Positions 9,355-18,912 of a stretch of DNA of 64,000 bases are shown here, one piece after another. This stretch comes from Candidatus Dormiibacterota bacterium. Its GTDB lineage: Bacteria > Chloroflexota > Dormibacteria > CF-121. The DNA is taken from the NCBI GenBank assembly GCA_036390825.1, contig DASWBA010000183.1, positions 29,102 to 93,101 on the forward strand, written 5' to 3'. Position 1 is the stretch's first letter. Each line of letters opens with the position of its first letter. The notes under the pieces were generated by a model. It saw only the letters and a program-made list of their open reading frames with translations. It was not told the DNA's origin and made no database searches. The translations under genes were made by a program, and so were the position numbers.

Positions 9355-10279
9355 GCGGTCCGGCCGGCGCCATGAGCCGGCGGAGACCGGGCCTACCCAG
9401 CAGCAACCGCACACAGTGCGGCGGTGAGGCCCCGAATGCCCTCCGGAGCGCGCGCCGGGCCCCGGGCACGTCGCCGGCCGCCAGCCGGGCCTCCGCGCTG
9501 CCGATGAGGTAGCTTGCGAACCTCCCTCGATGCCGCGACCACGCCCGGAGTAGGGCCAGCGGAGAAGGGGAGCGCCGGCCGGCATGCCAGGCGCGGGACC
9601 AGAAGACGTGCCGGTGCTCACGGACCCGAAGGAGGATCAACTCGTCGTCTGCCCCCGGTGGCCGGGTTCGGTAGCCGACCGACGGAACCGGTATGAAGCC
9701 GATGGGGTGCTTCAGGGCGAGCCTCAAGTGCCAGTCCCAATCCTCAGATCCGAGCAGGCTCTCGTTCTGGAAGCCAACTGAATCGAGAATCGATGCGCGG
9801 GCCACTGTGGCGCCGATCTGCGGAAAGAACGTATAGAAAGCATGAAAGACGTCTTCACTTGCTGACACGTGCACCGGCCATGCCGGGCCAAGGTTGGTAA
9901 GCGTGGGATCAGCATTGCGAACCTGGCTGATCGCGGCTCGAAGTCGAGGCTGAGCCTTCAACAGGGCGAGGTGAGGCCTCAAATGGCCGGGCAGCCACAC
10001 GTCGTCGTCGTCGAGAAACGCAAGGTACTCGCCGGTGGCGGCACGAAGACCTGCATTTCGGGAGGCGGCCGCACCACGATTGGACGCCCGCACCAGCCGG
10101 GCCCCGAACTCGCCGGCGATCAGCCCCGTACGTGAGCCTACCGTGTCCTCGGCGACGATGATCTCGAAGTCGATATCGGGACCATCGAGTGCGCGAATAC
10201 TGGCCAGCGCCTGTCGCAAGTAGTCAGGACGGTCATGCGTCGGAACAACGACCGACACTCGGCTTGGACCTTCTGTCAT
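9326..10279 (-). CDS. Glycosyltransferase family 2
   Basis: VSVVVPTHDRPDYLRQAL, IIVAEDT and FLDDDD motifs. ATG at 10279 overlaps the stop of the upstream gene (ATGA). The longer track ORF (to 10720) runs antisense-free through the neighbour and is not credible. Confidence 0.8.
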   Translation of the reverse strand: MTEGPSRVSVVVPTHDRPDYLRQALASIRALDGPDIDFEIIVAEDTVGSRTGLIAGEFGARLVRASNRGAAASRNAGLRAATGEYLAFLDDDDVWLPGHLRPHLALLKAQPRLRAAISQVRNADPTLTNLGPAWPVHVSASEDVFHAFYTFFPQIGATVARASILDSVGFQNESLLGSEDWDWHLRLALKHPIGFIPVPSVGYRTRPPGADDELILLRVREHRHVFWSRAWHAGRRSPSPLALLRAWSRHRGRFASYLIGSAEARLAAGDVPGARRALRRAFGASPPHCVRLLLGRPGLRRLMAPAGPLIEGVGPPA

Positions 10280-11451
10280 GCCCGAGCTCCGCGACCGGAC
10301 AGGGAGCGCGTGTAGCGACTCGAGAAGGCCTTGTCCAGCGCTCGCTGGAGCGCATCGACGACAGTCTCCGTTTCGGCTTCCGACATGTCGGCGTAGAGAG
10401 GAAGCAACATCGTCTCCCTGCTGGCGCGCTCCGTGATCGGCAGCGAGTACGCAGGGAACCGTTCTCGATAAAGCGGCTCGAGGTGGATAGCCATCACGCC
10501 TCGGCGGGTGGCGATACCCTGGCTCGCGAGTTCGGACATGACCACTGCGCGGACATCTTCGGATGGCAGCTGGACGCAGTACGACTGGTAGGTGTGACGA
10601 CAGCCCGCGGGTGCGTAAGGAAGGCGCAGTCGTTCGTCGCCTGCGAGCATCTCCGAATACCGGTCCGCCGCCGCACTCCGGGCGGCGAGGATTCGCTCCA
10701 GCTTGGCGATCTGCACGCATCCGATGGCGGCCTGGATGTCAGTCATCCGGTAGTTGAATCCCAACTCGTCGTAGCTTTCGAACCGGACCCGGTCCGACTC
10801 ATGCCTGTCGAGGTCTGAGATCGAGGCGCCGTGGGAGCGTAGCCGGCGCAGGCGGCCGGCGACCTCGCGATCGTTCGTGGTGATCATGCCGCCCTCGCCC
10901 GTGGTAATCGATTTGCGGGGGTGGAAGCTGAAGCAGGTGAGCGGGCTTCGGCTGCCGACTCGCTCGCTCTCGAAAGTGGCGCCCAGCGACGGGGCGGCGT
11001 CTTCGACGACGGCCAGGCGGTGTGCGCGAGCGAGATCACGCAGGTGGCGCAGGTCCGCGGCGAGCCCGATCTGATCGACCGGCATGATCGCCCTGGTGCG
11101 CTTGGAAATCGCCGTTTCCACTGCTCCGGCGTCAATGTTGTAAGTGCGGGGATCGATGTCGGCGAACACCGGCACCGCCCCGGCGTGCAGGATGGCGTTG
11201 GCGGTCGCGATGAAGCTGAAGGATGGGCAGATGACCTCATCGCCGGGCCTGACACCCGCTGCCAGCAATGCCAGATGCAGCGCGGTGGTGCAATTGCTCA
11301 CTGCGATTCCATGCTCTGCACCCACGTAGGCGCAGACCGCTTGCTCGAAATCGTCGACCCGCTTGCCCTGTGACAGCCAGCCCGACCGGATGACCGCCGC
11401 TGCCGCGGTCACCTCCTCCTCATCCAGCGACGGACGCGTGATGGGGATCAT
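10276..11451 (-). CDS. DegT/DnrJ/EryC1/StrS-family PLP sugar aminotransferase
   Basis: Full-length family architecture: MIPITRPSLDEEE, SNCTTALHLAL, FSFHPRKSITTGEGG (PLP lysine region), FNYRMTDIQAAIG. Confidence 0.9.
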   Translation of the reverse strand: MIPITRPSLDEEEVTAAAAVIRSGWLSQGKRVDDFEQAVCAYVGAEHGIAVSNCTTALHLALLAAGVRPGDEVICPSFSFIATANAILHAGAVPVFADIDPRTYNIDAGAVETAISKRTRAIMPVDQIGLAADLRHLRDLARAHRLAVVEDAAPSLGATFESERVGSRSPLTCFSFHPRKSITTGEGGMITTNDREVAGRLRRLRSHGASISDLDRHESDRVRFESYDELGFNYRMTDIQAAIGCVQIAKLERILAARSAAADRYSEMLAGDERLRLPYAPAGCRHTYQSYCVQLPSEDVRAVVMSELASQGIATRRGVMAIHLEPLYRERFPAYSLPITERASRETMLLPLYADMSEAETETVVDALQRALDKAFSSRYTRSLSGRGARA

Positions 11452-12440
11452 CAGACCGGCGCCGCCGCGGTGACAGTCGCATACCAGGCGACGAGCTCGC
11501 TCAGCCCATCCCTGAGCCCGACCTGCGCCTCGAACCCGATGAGGTTCCGGGCGTGCTCGGTGCTGGCACGGCGGCGCGTCACCCCGTTGACCCTGCGTGC
11601 TTCACCGCGTATCGCCTCGAGCTCCGGGTGCCCGGCCGCCTCACAGAGCAGCCTGGACAGCTCGCTGAGGCTCGTCTCGACGCCGGTGCCGACGTTGAGC
11701 GCACCGTCCGTGGCTCCGGACACGGCCGCCAGCAGGTTGGCCCGAGCCACGTCGCCCACGGAGATAAAGTCCATGGTCTGGCTTCCGTCGCCGAAGATCA
11801 CCGGAGGCTGGCCGTGTTGCAGCCGCTCCAGCCACCGGATCATGACTTCCGTGTAGACGCCGAAGGCGTCCATCCGCGGCCCGTACACATTAAAAGGACG
11901 GAGGGCCAGGTACCGCAGCCCGTGCATCTCGGCGTACGCCCGCGCCATCTGCTCGTTGGCGATCTTGGCCGCACCGTAGATCGTCCTGTTGTTGAAGGGG
12001 GCGGATTCCTCTATCGGCAGCCTGTCCGGTTCTCCGTAGACGGAGGCGCTCGACGCCAGGATCACCTTCTCAACCCCCTGCCGGACCGCAGCCTCGAGAA
12101 CGTTCTGGGTGCCTACGATCATCACTCTGATGGCTCGCACCGGGTCCTCGGCGCATTGCGTGATCCGGAGGGCGGCCTGGTGAAAGACGAGGTCGATCCC
12201 GGTGGTGACGCTCTCGACAAGAGGCGCATCGCAAATGTCGCCTTCGACCACCTCGAGTGAAGGGTGGGCTGCCAGCGACGCGAGGTTTTCCCTCCGGCCT
12301 CGGCTGAAGTCGTCCACGACCACCACTCGGGAGGCCCCGGCATCGATGAGATCCTCAACGATCCGGGAGCCCACGAATCCGGCGCCGCCCGTGACCAGCG
12401 CTCGCGCGCCCTTCAACCTGACATCCCGCGCCGTCGTCAT
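11451..12440 (-). CDS. NAD-dependent nucleotide-sugar epimerase/dehydratase (SDR)
   Basis: ALVTGGAGFVGSRIV Rossmann motif and YGAAK catalytic motif. One-nt start/stop junction with the aminotransferase. Confidence 0.85.
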   Translation of the reverse strand: MTTARDVRLKGARALVTGGAGFVGSRIVEDLIDAGASRVVVVDDFSRGRRENLASLAAHPSLEVVEGDICDAPLVESVTTGIDLVFHQAALRITQCAEDPVRAIRVMIVGTQNVLEAAVRQGVEKVILASSASVYGEPDRLPIEESAPFNNRTIYGAAKIANEQMARAYAEMHGLRYLALRPFNVYGPRMDAFGVYTEVMIRWLERLQHGQPPVIFGDGSQTMDFISVGDVARANLLAAVSGATDGALNVGTGVETSLSELSRLLCEAAGHPELEAIRGEARRVNGVTRRRASTEHARNLIGFEAQVGLRDGLSELVAWYATVTAAAPV

Positions 12441-13009
12441 GCCGTTATTTCTTCGCGGGGGGTCCAGGGGGCGATGGAGGACTCGCGCACCACGGCAGGT
12501 ACGCCCACCGCAGTCGCTCCTGCGGGAACGTCATGGATCACAACTGCATTGGCGCCGATCGAGCACCCCCTGCCCAGCCTGACGCCCCCGAGCACTCGGG
12601 CGCCAGCGCCGACGAAGACGCCGTCATCGATGATCGGGAACACCCATTCGTTGCGCATGCCGACGGTCACCGCATGCACGAACGTCACATTGGCGCCGAT
12701 CCGCTCCGCCATCAGGACGCTGCCGTACGGATGCGGCAGATAAAGCCCTGGACCAACGTGCATCCCGCAGCTGATCTCGACCCCGAAGAGGACCATGTTC
12801 AGCCGCTCCAACAGCGTCGGAAGGCCTCGCCAACCGCGCACCTGGCACCAGTGAGAGGCACGGTAGATCGCGGTCGCCCAGAGGGCAGGATGCCTCCAGA
12901 GGATCTGGACGACGTCCCGCGTTCGCAATCGCAGCAGACTCCGAGAATCATCCGTTGGCCGAATGCTTCGGTCCAACCACCGCTTCATGTCCTCAGAGAA
13001 GGCGCTCAC
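12437..13009 (-). CDS. Hexapeptide-repeat (LbH) acyl/acetyltransferase, serine-acetyltransferase-like
   Basis: LbH region IGANVTF..VTVG...DDGVFVGAGARVLGGVRLGRGCSIGANAVV. GTG at 13009 overlaps the upstream stop (alternative ATG at 12988). The track start at 13141 overlaps the neighbour. Confidence 0.7.
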   Translation of the reverse strand: MSAFSEDMKRWLDRSIRPTDDSRSLLRLRTRDVVQILWRHPALWATAIYRASHWCQVRGWRGLPTLLERLNMVLFGVEISCGMHVGPGLYLPHPYGSVLMAERIGANVTFVHAVTVGMRNEWVFPIIDDGVFVGAGARVLGGVRLGRGCSIGANAVVIHDVPAGATAVGVPAVVRESSIAPWTPREEITA

Positions 13010-14043
13010 GCGGCCGCCTCCGGGGCCTGATCGGCCGCCGTCAAGGCGAGCGCCTGAGCGCGACCGAGCTGCTCTGCCACTCCCCGCCAGTAAGCGGCCG
13101 TGAAGAGGGCTGAGCAGACCTTCACGGCAGCGGTCTCCCAACCAAAGCGGCAGCTCGCCACGGCCGCAACGTGCCCGGAGGCGGCGATTGGGCGCCAGAT
13201 TTCGGGTTGGCTCAGCACCGCCCGCGTCAGCAGCTTCGTGTAGGGGTGCCGGTACTGGAACTCTGGCCGGACCCAGTCGGGCAGATCGCCCCCGGTCCGG
13301 ATCCGCTCGAGCATCACGTCGGTCCGACCGTACTCATGCGCCGCCTTCAACCACGCCTCGAAAGAGCGCTCCGCAAGGTGCTCGCCCTCCGCCAGCGGAT
13401 TGAAAACGAAGCGAAGCCCCCGCTTGTGCAGCCGCCACGCCAGCTCGACGTCCTCACCCCGCCTGAATTGCGTATTGAAGCCTCCGACCGCCCTGACGTG
13501 GTCAAGCCTCACCGAGGCGTTGCCCGTGTAGAACTGTCTCGGCGTCGGCTCCCACTCGCCGGCCAGCATGGCGCGGTACTGCTGATTGAGCGTGGCCCAC
13601 TCCCAGGCCGTCCACGGCGACGGTCGCGCGGCGGTGGCGGCGAGAAGCGGACCGATGACGACCACATCCGGCACCCGGTGCGCTTCGGCGTGCTGCCGCA
13701 CAAGAGAAGGCGCCGGAAGGACGTCGTCATCTATGAACAGGACGAACGGCTCGGCCGCCTCGGCGAGACCCCGGTTGCGCGCTGCTGCGGGACCGCTCTG
13801 ACGCTGACTGAAAGCGCGCAGCCGGTATGGATACTGGCGACGACCCAGGGCATGCAGGATGTCGTCATTGCCGCCGTCGGCCACGACGATCGCCTCGAAC
13901 GAATCGAAAGGGTAGTCCTGCGTGGCGAGGGCGTCGAGCATACGCAGCAGCGATTGAGTGCGCCTATGGGTGGGCGTCACGATGCTGAAGCGAACGGGCT
14001 CAGCCACAGGTGTAAGTAAATGCAGTGCGGTGGGCGCCCACAA
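13006..14043 (-). CDS. Glycosyltransferase family 2
   Basis: FSIVTPTHRRTQSLLRMLDAL..QDYP, IVVADGGNDD and FIDDDV motifs. The start may be GTG at 14007. Confidence 0.8.
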   Translation of the reverse strand: MWAPTALHLLTPVAEPVRFSIVTPTHRRTQSLLRMLDALATQDYPFDSFEAIVVADGGNDDILHALGRRQYPYRLRAFSQRQSGPAAARNRGLAEAAEPFVLFIDDDVLPAPSLVRQHAEAHRVPDVVVIGPLLAATAARPSPWTAWEWATLNQQYRAMLAGEWEPTPRQFYTGNASVRLDHVRAVGGFNTQFRRGEDVELAWRLHKRGLRFVFNPLAEGEHLAERSFEAWLKAAHEYGRTDVMLERIRTGGDLPDWVRPEFQYRHPYTKLLTRAVLSQPEIWRPIAASGHVAAVASCRFGWETAAVKVCSALFTAAYWRGVAEQLGRAQALALTAADQAPEAAA

Positions 14044-14130
14044 TGGTCAGGCTCGGCACGGGTGAGTCTTGTGTTCTATGCCCATGGGCGTCTGTCCCAC
14101 CGGGCGTGAGCCTTTGTTCCGAGGCCCAGA

Positions 14131-15171
14131 TCATGCCGCTCGGCGGCCGGCTCGAGCTGCGTCAACCAGGTGGCGGTGAAGCGCCGCAGCGTACAGAGGC
14201 AGGTCGAACCGTTCCAGCACCGCCTCGCGGGCGTTGGCCCCCAGGCGGCGACGTTCAGCCGGATCGGCCAAGAGCCGCTGCAGCTCCGATCTCATGGCCG
14301 GGGGGTCGTACGGAGGCACGAGCACCCCTGTCTCGCCGTCGATCACGATGTCGCGCTGGCCCTCGGTCGCGGTGACAACCACCGGCTTGGCCATCGCCAT
14401 CGCCTCGAGAATCGTGGTCACGCCCGCCTGGAAGTCGCTGGGGATCAAAGGCACGACCACGACCTCCGCCTGGGCGTACAGCTCTCGCAGGGCGTGTGGG
14501 CTGCGCATGCCGACAGAAATGTTGGCGGGCATCAGCTTGGGAAGGCGGCACGGTGCGGACGGGGAAAAAAGGCTCCCGGCCGCGATCACCGTGTGCACAG
14601 GCAGGTCCTCGACCGCGGCTGCCAGCGTCGCGTAGTCGCGATGCTCACGGCCTGCGGAAACGATGAGTCGGTGCTGCTGCACTGGCTGAGGACGCCAGAA
14701 CCGAGCGTCGGCGTAGTACGGGACGAACGCGGCGGAGCCCTGGGTGAATCCAAGCGCTTCGATTGCGATCTTCAGCTGCGCGCGAGAATGAACGAGGACG
14801 CGCGTGATCCCCATATGGCGCAGCCAACGGAGCATCAGGGGCTTCGACCGCGACGTGAGATGGTGGCCAAGCACCACGTGGGGCCGCGCCGGGCCGATGG
14901 CCTCGAGCGCGATGCCGAGGGGGATGCCGACGTGCTCGCCGTCCGAGAAGATCGCGTCCGCCTCGGCGGCGGCCCGAAGTCCAGCGGCGGCCTGCCGCAA
15001 CGAACGCCGGGCCGACCGGCCCGGCTCGATCTTCAGTCGCGACCAATCGAGCAGCCGCACCCCATAATCGCGCTCGAGCGCGATGAATTCAGGCACCGGC
15101 CTGGTGCCGGCCTCGATTTCGATCCGCAGGTCGCGATCGGCGCTGGCCGATACCAGCATTACGGTCCTCAT
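14131..15171 (-). CDS. Glycosyltransferase family 4 (GT-B)
   Basis: C-terminal motif VVVPLIPSDFQAGVTTILEAMAMAKPVVVT..GETG. ATG at 15171 overlaps the stop of the GH44 gene (ATGA). The track ORF to 15720 is an artefactual extension. Confidence 0.8.
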   Translation of the reverse strand: MRTVMLVSASADRDLRIEIEAGTRPVPEFIALERDYGVRLLDWSRLKIEPGRSARRSLRQAAAGLRAAAEADAIFSDGEHVGIPLGIALEAIGPARPHVVLGHHLTSRSKPLMLRWLRHMGITRVLVHSRAQLKIAIEALGFTQGSAAFVPYYADARFWRPQPVQQHRLIVSAGREHRDYATLAAAVEDLPVHTVIAAGSLFSPSAPCRLPKLMPANISVGMRSPHALRELYAQAEVVVVPLIPSDFQAGVTTILEAMAMAKPVVVTATEGQRDIVIDGETGVLVPPYDPPAMRSELQRLLADPAERRRLGANAREAVLERFDLPLYAAALHRHLVDAARAGRRAA

Positions 15172-16907
15172 GCTTTTGGCTTGGTCAGCCTGACCAGGTG
15201 TACCGACAGCGGCTCGAGGCTCAGCGTGCCGGCGGTCGAAGCCAGGGCCTCCGGAGTGATGTCCGAGGACCCTGGGTGGATCACGAACTGTTGTGCTTTG
15301 TAGGCCGCAAAGCCGGACAGCTGAAGCTGAACGGTTGCGGTCTGCGTGAGGCTTTCGTTGGCCAGGACGAGGTCGATCTCGCCGGTGTCCGAGTGGCGCG
15401 ATGCAAACGCCGCCACCTGGGGGGACCCTGAGGTCACTGGTAGTGACAGGTCCCCGAACCTGGCTCCGTGGCCATCGTAGTTGCGGTAGAGGCGAAAGGC
15501 CGCCGCGGCCGGGGTGTTTGGTGGCGGGTTCGTCCAGTAGTTGGCCATGTAAACGCCCTCGCGGCCAAAAACGCCGAGCACCTCCGCGAGCGCCACCGCT
15601 CCGCTGGCGTCGTATTCCCCGCCGAAGTTGTACTCCGAGATCGCGATTCCGGTTCCTGGATACGACCTGGCGATCCATGCTTTCAGCGTCGGTATCAGGT
15701 CGACGGGCTGGGAAATCCACGACTCATCGACGTAGTTCGGGTCGTACAGGCTGTGAACCGAGCGTATGCGCCGAGCCTGAGTGGCCGGATCGGAGGCGTG
15801 GGCCGAGACTACGTTTGGAGCTTGCGGATAGTAGTGCACGTCCAGGTAGTCGAGTGTTCGCTTGCCGAGCGACTGGTCGTGCTGCTTGAGCTGCAGCAGC
15901 CACCACTCGAGAAACGGTACGTTGCCGTGGGCCTGGCGATCGGCGTGCGTCGCGAAGTTGTCAGTGCCACGGTCCAGGGCCGAGAACTGGTAGCCGGTCC
16001 AGCCTGAGACGACCGGTCCGAGAATCTTCGCCGATGGGTCGACCGCTCTGACCGCATCCGCATAGCTGGTGAACTCTTTGACCATGGCGTCATAGCTGGT
16101 TTCGACCGGGCACACGTCGGTATGGGTGATCCACCAGAGGTCTGGTTCGTTGTCCATCTCGAAGTAGGTGACGCCCTTCGGGCCGGTGCCGAACTTGCTC
16201 GTCAGGTAGTGCACCCAGGCGTCCTGGTAGACAACCGGAGCCGACGGGTCGGGTGCTGTCGCCATCGGCCCGTTGCTGGTCGGCAGCGAAGGCACGCTAG
16301 TCCGGGCGCGATTGGCCGATGGATCGTAGCCCGCGATTGCCTGGGAGCCTGGAGCGGCAGGCGCGCCACCCTGGTTGGGCACGCCGATCGCCATGGTGTT
16401 GTTGTCGTTGTTCTTCGCCACCCAGCCGATGGTCGGAATGGTCATCACCGGCTGCGCGCCCGCGGCCAACGACTGGGAGATGAACGTGTCGGCGGCATTC
16501 CCCGACCCGCCCTGGTTGCGAAACTCCCAATCGCGTCCGGCGTTGTCTGCGTTTCCGTTGTCCCAGTTGAATGTGCTGACCGCATTTCCGCCCCAGCGGT
16601 TGGCGGTCGCCCCGAGCTCTTTGAGGTACGCAGGATCGGCGAAGGCGACGCCGTAGATAAGCGGGCTGATCGGCGACGTGGAACCCTGGGTGTCGATTCG
16701 AACCGCCACCCCGTTCAGGGGCGCTGCAGGAGTTGGCTGCGTAGCTCCGGCATCGGACTGAGAGACCAGACTCCGCAGATGCGCCTCTACCCGCGAGACA
16801 AACCCCGGATGCGCGACCAGCAGGTATGTACCGAAGGCCGAGGCCGTGATCGCCCCACCGGCGAACGCCGCGACCAGCGGTATGAAGCGGCCGCGCAAGA
16901 ACGTCAC
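15168..16907 (-). CDS. Glycoside hydrolase family 44-like glycanase with N-terminal membrane anchor
   Basis: ANRWGGNAVSTFNWDNGNADNAGRDWEFRN, YFEMDNEPDLWWITHTDV and IAISEYNFGG resemble the GH44 signature and catalytic Glu regions. N-terminal TM FIPLVAAFAGGAITASAFGTYLLV. GTG at 16907 overlaps the upstream stop. Confidence 0.7.
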   Translation of the reverse strand: MTFLRGRFIPLVAAFAGGAITASAFGTYLLVAHPGFVSRVEAHLRSLVSQSDAGATQPTPAAPLNGVAVRIDTQGSTSPISPLIYGVAFADPAYLKELGATANRWGGNAVSTFNWDNGNADNAGRDWEFRNQGGSGNAADTFISQSLAAGAQPVMTIPTIGWVAKNNDNNTMAIGVPNQGGAPAAPGSQAIAGYDPSANRARTSVPSLPTSNGPMATAPDPSAPVVYQDAWVHYLTSKFGTGPKGVTYFEMDNEPDLWWITHTDVCPVETSYDAMVKEFTSYADAVRAVDPSAKILGPVVSGWTGYQFSALDRGTDNFATHADRQAHGNVPFLEWWLLQLKQHDQSLGKRTLDYLDVHYYPQAPNVVSAHASDPATQARRIRSVHSLYDPNYVDESWISQPVDLIPTLKAWIARSYPGTGIAISEYNFGGEYDASGAVALAEVLGVFGREGVYMANYWTNPPPNTPAAAAFRLYRNYDGHGARFGDLSLPVTSGSPQVAAFASRHSDTGEIDLVLANESLTQTATVQLQLSGFAAYKAQQFVIHPGSSDITPEALASTAGTLSLEPLSVHLVRLTKPKA

Positions 16908-18169
16908 GCCGTGTTCTCTCCCGACCGCACTCGCGGGGCAAACCTCTTGTTGAGCGCCGCATACGCTCGTTTCCGAAACCTGTCCCACTTCGCGGCCAGG
17001 GTTTCGTGGACGAGTCCATACATCGCGACGGCGAACGGCAGCGGATCATCGAGTCCCCAGGTCGCACCTTCGCGGACACCGCGAAAGGAGCGCAGCCAGG
17101 CTGTCAGCGTGAGGCCGTCGAGCCGGCGATAGTGCGTCGAAGCGACCAGGTCCGCGGATTCATTGATCCAACGCCGACCGTCGCTGGGAGCGATGGCCGG
17201 TACAGGCCGGCCGGTCAGGTCGAGGTACATCGCTCGGGCGACGTCCATCCCGTGCTTGTCGACGAACATTCGGAAAGCGCCGCCGAGCCGGGGGTTTATG
17301 TCCAGCACCTTGTACTGGCCGTCCCGACTGTCGAACCTGTACCCGATGTCTACGATGCCGCGATAGCCGACGGCACGCATGAAGTCGCATGTCGCCTCGA
17401 TGACAGTGCTGTTCTGGCGCAGCTCGCCGAGGCTTGCGATGCCCATCTTGGCGGGATGCTGCCGGATCTTGACGCCGGTGAAAGCCGCGAGGCAGCGAGA
17501 CTGAGAGTCGAAGTACCCGTTGAAGATCCAGACGTCACTGTCGGTTCCCGGTATGTACTCCTGGAACATGACGTTCGGGGCCCCCGGCGACTCCTCCATC
17601 CACCTGTATGAATCGACCAGCTGTTGGGCGTTGTTGGCCACGGCCTTTTCGAGCACGTCGGGCCGGCTGCGGACCGGCTTCAGCATCACGGGGTACTGCA
17701 GGCTCGAGGACGCGGACAAAGCCTCATCGCGGCTCGCCGGAAAGACGATGCGCGGGGTCGGCAGACCGTGGGTCGTCGCCAGCCTGTAGAGGCCATCCTT
17801 GGCGGCGAGCTCTTCCACGAGGTGCAGGGGCACGACTGGAAACCGGAACCAGCGGGCGAGCTCAGACGAATGGCTGGCCACAAAAACCGACCACTCGTCG
17901 GAGCCCGGGATCAGAATCGTTCCTCCGCCCAACCGCCGCCCTGCTGCCACGAGGTCGCCCAGCGTCCGCGCTTCGTCCGGCCACGGCCTGCCATCGAGTC
18001 CTACCGACAGGGTGCCCGCGCAGTACCGTGACGAGCTTGCGGCGCTGGATCCATTGTGCGTGAGTCCGTAGACGCCGACACCCAGCCTTCCCAAAGACCT
18101 CATCACGCCCAGCGGACCCACGTATCGCGGCGGCCCCATGACCAGGACCGCCGGCCTGTCTGGGGACAC
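16904..18169 (-). CDS. ATP-grasp superfamily carboxylate-amine/thiol ligase (COG3919-like)
   Basis: AVLVMGPPRYVGPLGVMRSLGRLGVGVYGL pre-ATP-grasp region, YPVMLKPVRS, VMFQEYIPG, YKVLDINPRLGG. Confidence 0.75.
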   Translation of the reverse strand: MSPDRPAVLVMGPPRYVGPLGVMRSLGRLGVGVYGLTHNGSSAASSSRYCAGTLSVGLDGRPWPDEARTLGDLVAAGRRLGGGTILIPGSDEWSVFVASHSSELARWFRFPVVPLHLVEELAAKDGLYRLATTHGLPTPRIVFPASRDEALSASSSLQYPVMLKPVRSRPDVLEKAVANNAQQLVDSYRWMEESPGAPNVMFQEYIPGTDSDVWIFNGYFDSQSRCLAAFTGVKIRQHPAKMGIASLGELRQNSTVIEATCDFMRAVGYRGIVDIGYRFDSRDGQYKVLDINPRLGGAFRMFVDKHGMDVARAMYLDLTGRPVPAIAPSDGRRWINESADLVASTHYRRLDGLTLTAWLRSFRGVREGATWGLDDPLPFAVAMYGLVHETLAAKWDRFRKRAYAALNKRFAPRVRSGENTA

Positions 18170-18174
18170 CTCGC

Positions 18175-18912
18175 TCAGGCTTCGGCGAGCAGGCGCTGTG
18201 CCCCGGGGAGCATCAGGCTCACCTGCTGGCCGTTGAAGACTGCCGAGGCATCGATGTCGTCGACGCGCTTAAGGACGAACTCGAGATCGTCGTGTTGACC
18301 CGTGTCGCGCAGGAAATCGGCGCTCGGGCTGCGGCGCATCGTGCCCACGCTGACGCCGCGCCATTCGCTGAGCTCGGCCACGGTCCGGTCGTCCTCGGGC
18401 GTGTAACCCTGGCTGTTGAGCATCTCAGCGATCCGTGCGCACGCGTACTGGTCTTCGGGCCGCGCCTTTCCGTGGGTGCCGGCGCCGATCAACGCCACAC
18501 GGCGGTGCGTACCGATGAGCTGGGCGGCGGTCGCGATCATGTTGCGCAGGCAGGCGACGTAGATCGAGCTGGCCCCCCGGGCCTCGGACAGCAGTTGGGT
18601 TCCGGCCGACGTGACCAGCACGATCGGGCGGCAATTGGGCAGCCGCTCGATCGCCGCAGGCGAGTTGTTGAGGTCGAAGCCGTCGGGCTTGATGCCTGCC
18701 TGCTCGCCGGCCAGCAGTGGATCATGAAGCCGGGACGCGACCACGATCGCCTCGGCGACGGTTGACACCGGATAGATCGGATGGCCATGGGCAAGGGCGG
18801 TCACGATCACCGTGGTGGCCCGAAACACGTCGACCGCGACCACGGCGTGCGTGTCGCGGTACTTGCTGACCGATTCGGGCGTGGCGTCGATGACGAATGA
18901 CCGCGGGGTCAT
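18175..18912 (-). CDS. comB: 2-phosphosulfolactate phosphatase
   Basis: ComB family signatures VAVDVFRATTVIVTAL, LLAGEQAGIKPDGFDLNNSP, LVTSAGTQ. Confidence 0.8.
   Translation of the reverse strand: MTPRSFVIDATPESVSKYRDTHAVVAVDVFRATTVIVTALAHGHPIYPVSTVAEAIVVASRLHDPLLAGEQAGIKPDGFDLNNSPAAIERLPNCRPIVLVTSAGTQLLSEARGASSIYVACLRNMIATAAQLIGTHRRVALIGAGTHGKARPEDQYACARIAEMLNSQGYTPEDDRTVAELSEWRGVSVGTMRRSPSADFLRDTGQHDDLEFVLKRVDDIDASAVFNGQQVSLMLPGAQRLLAEA

Noticed and set aside
9326-10720. Track ORFs extended far upstream of the family N-terminus (9326-10720, 14131-15720, 29546-31447, 31168-32145, 1583-2665, 12437-13141, 41968-42753).
   Set aside because: In every case an internal ATG/GTG forms a 4-nt overlap with the stop of the upstream gene and restores the canonical family N-terminus. 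The extensions lie inside the neighbouring gene.
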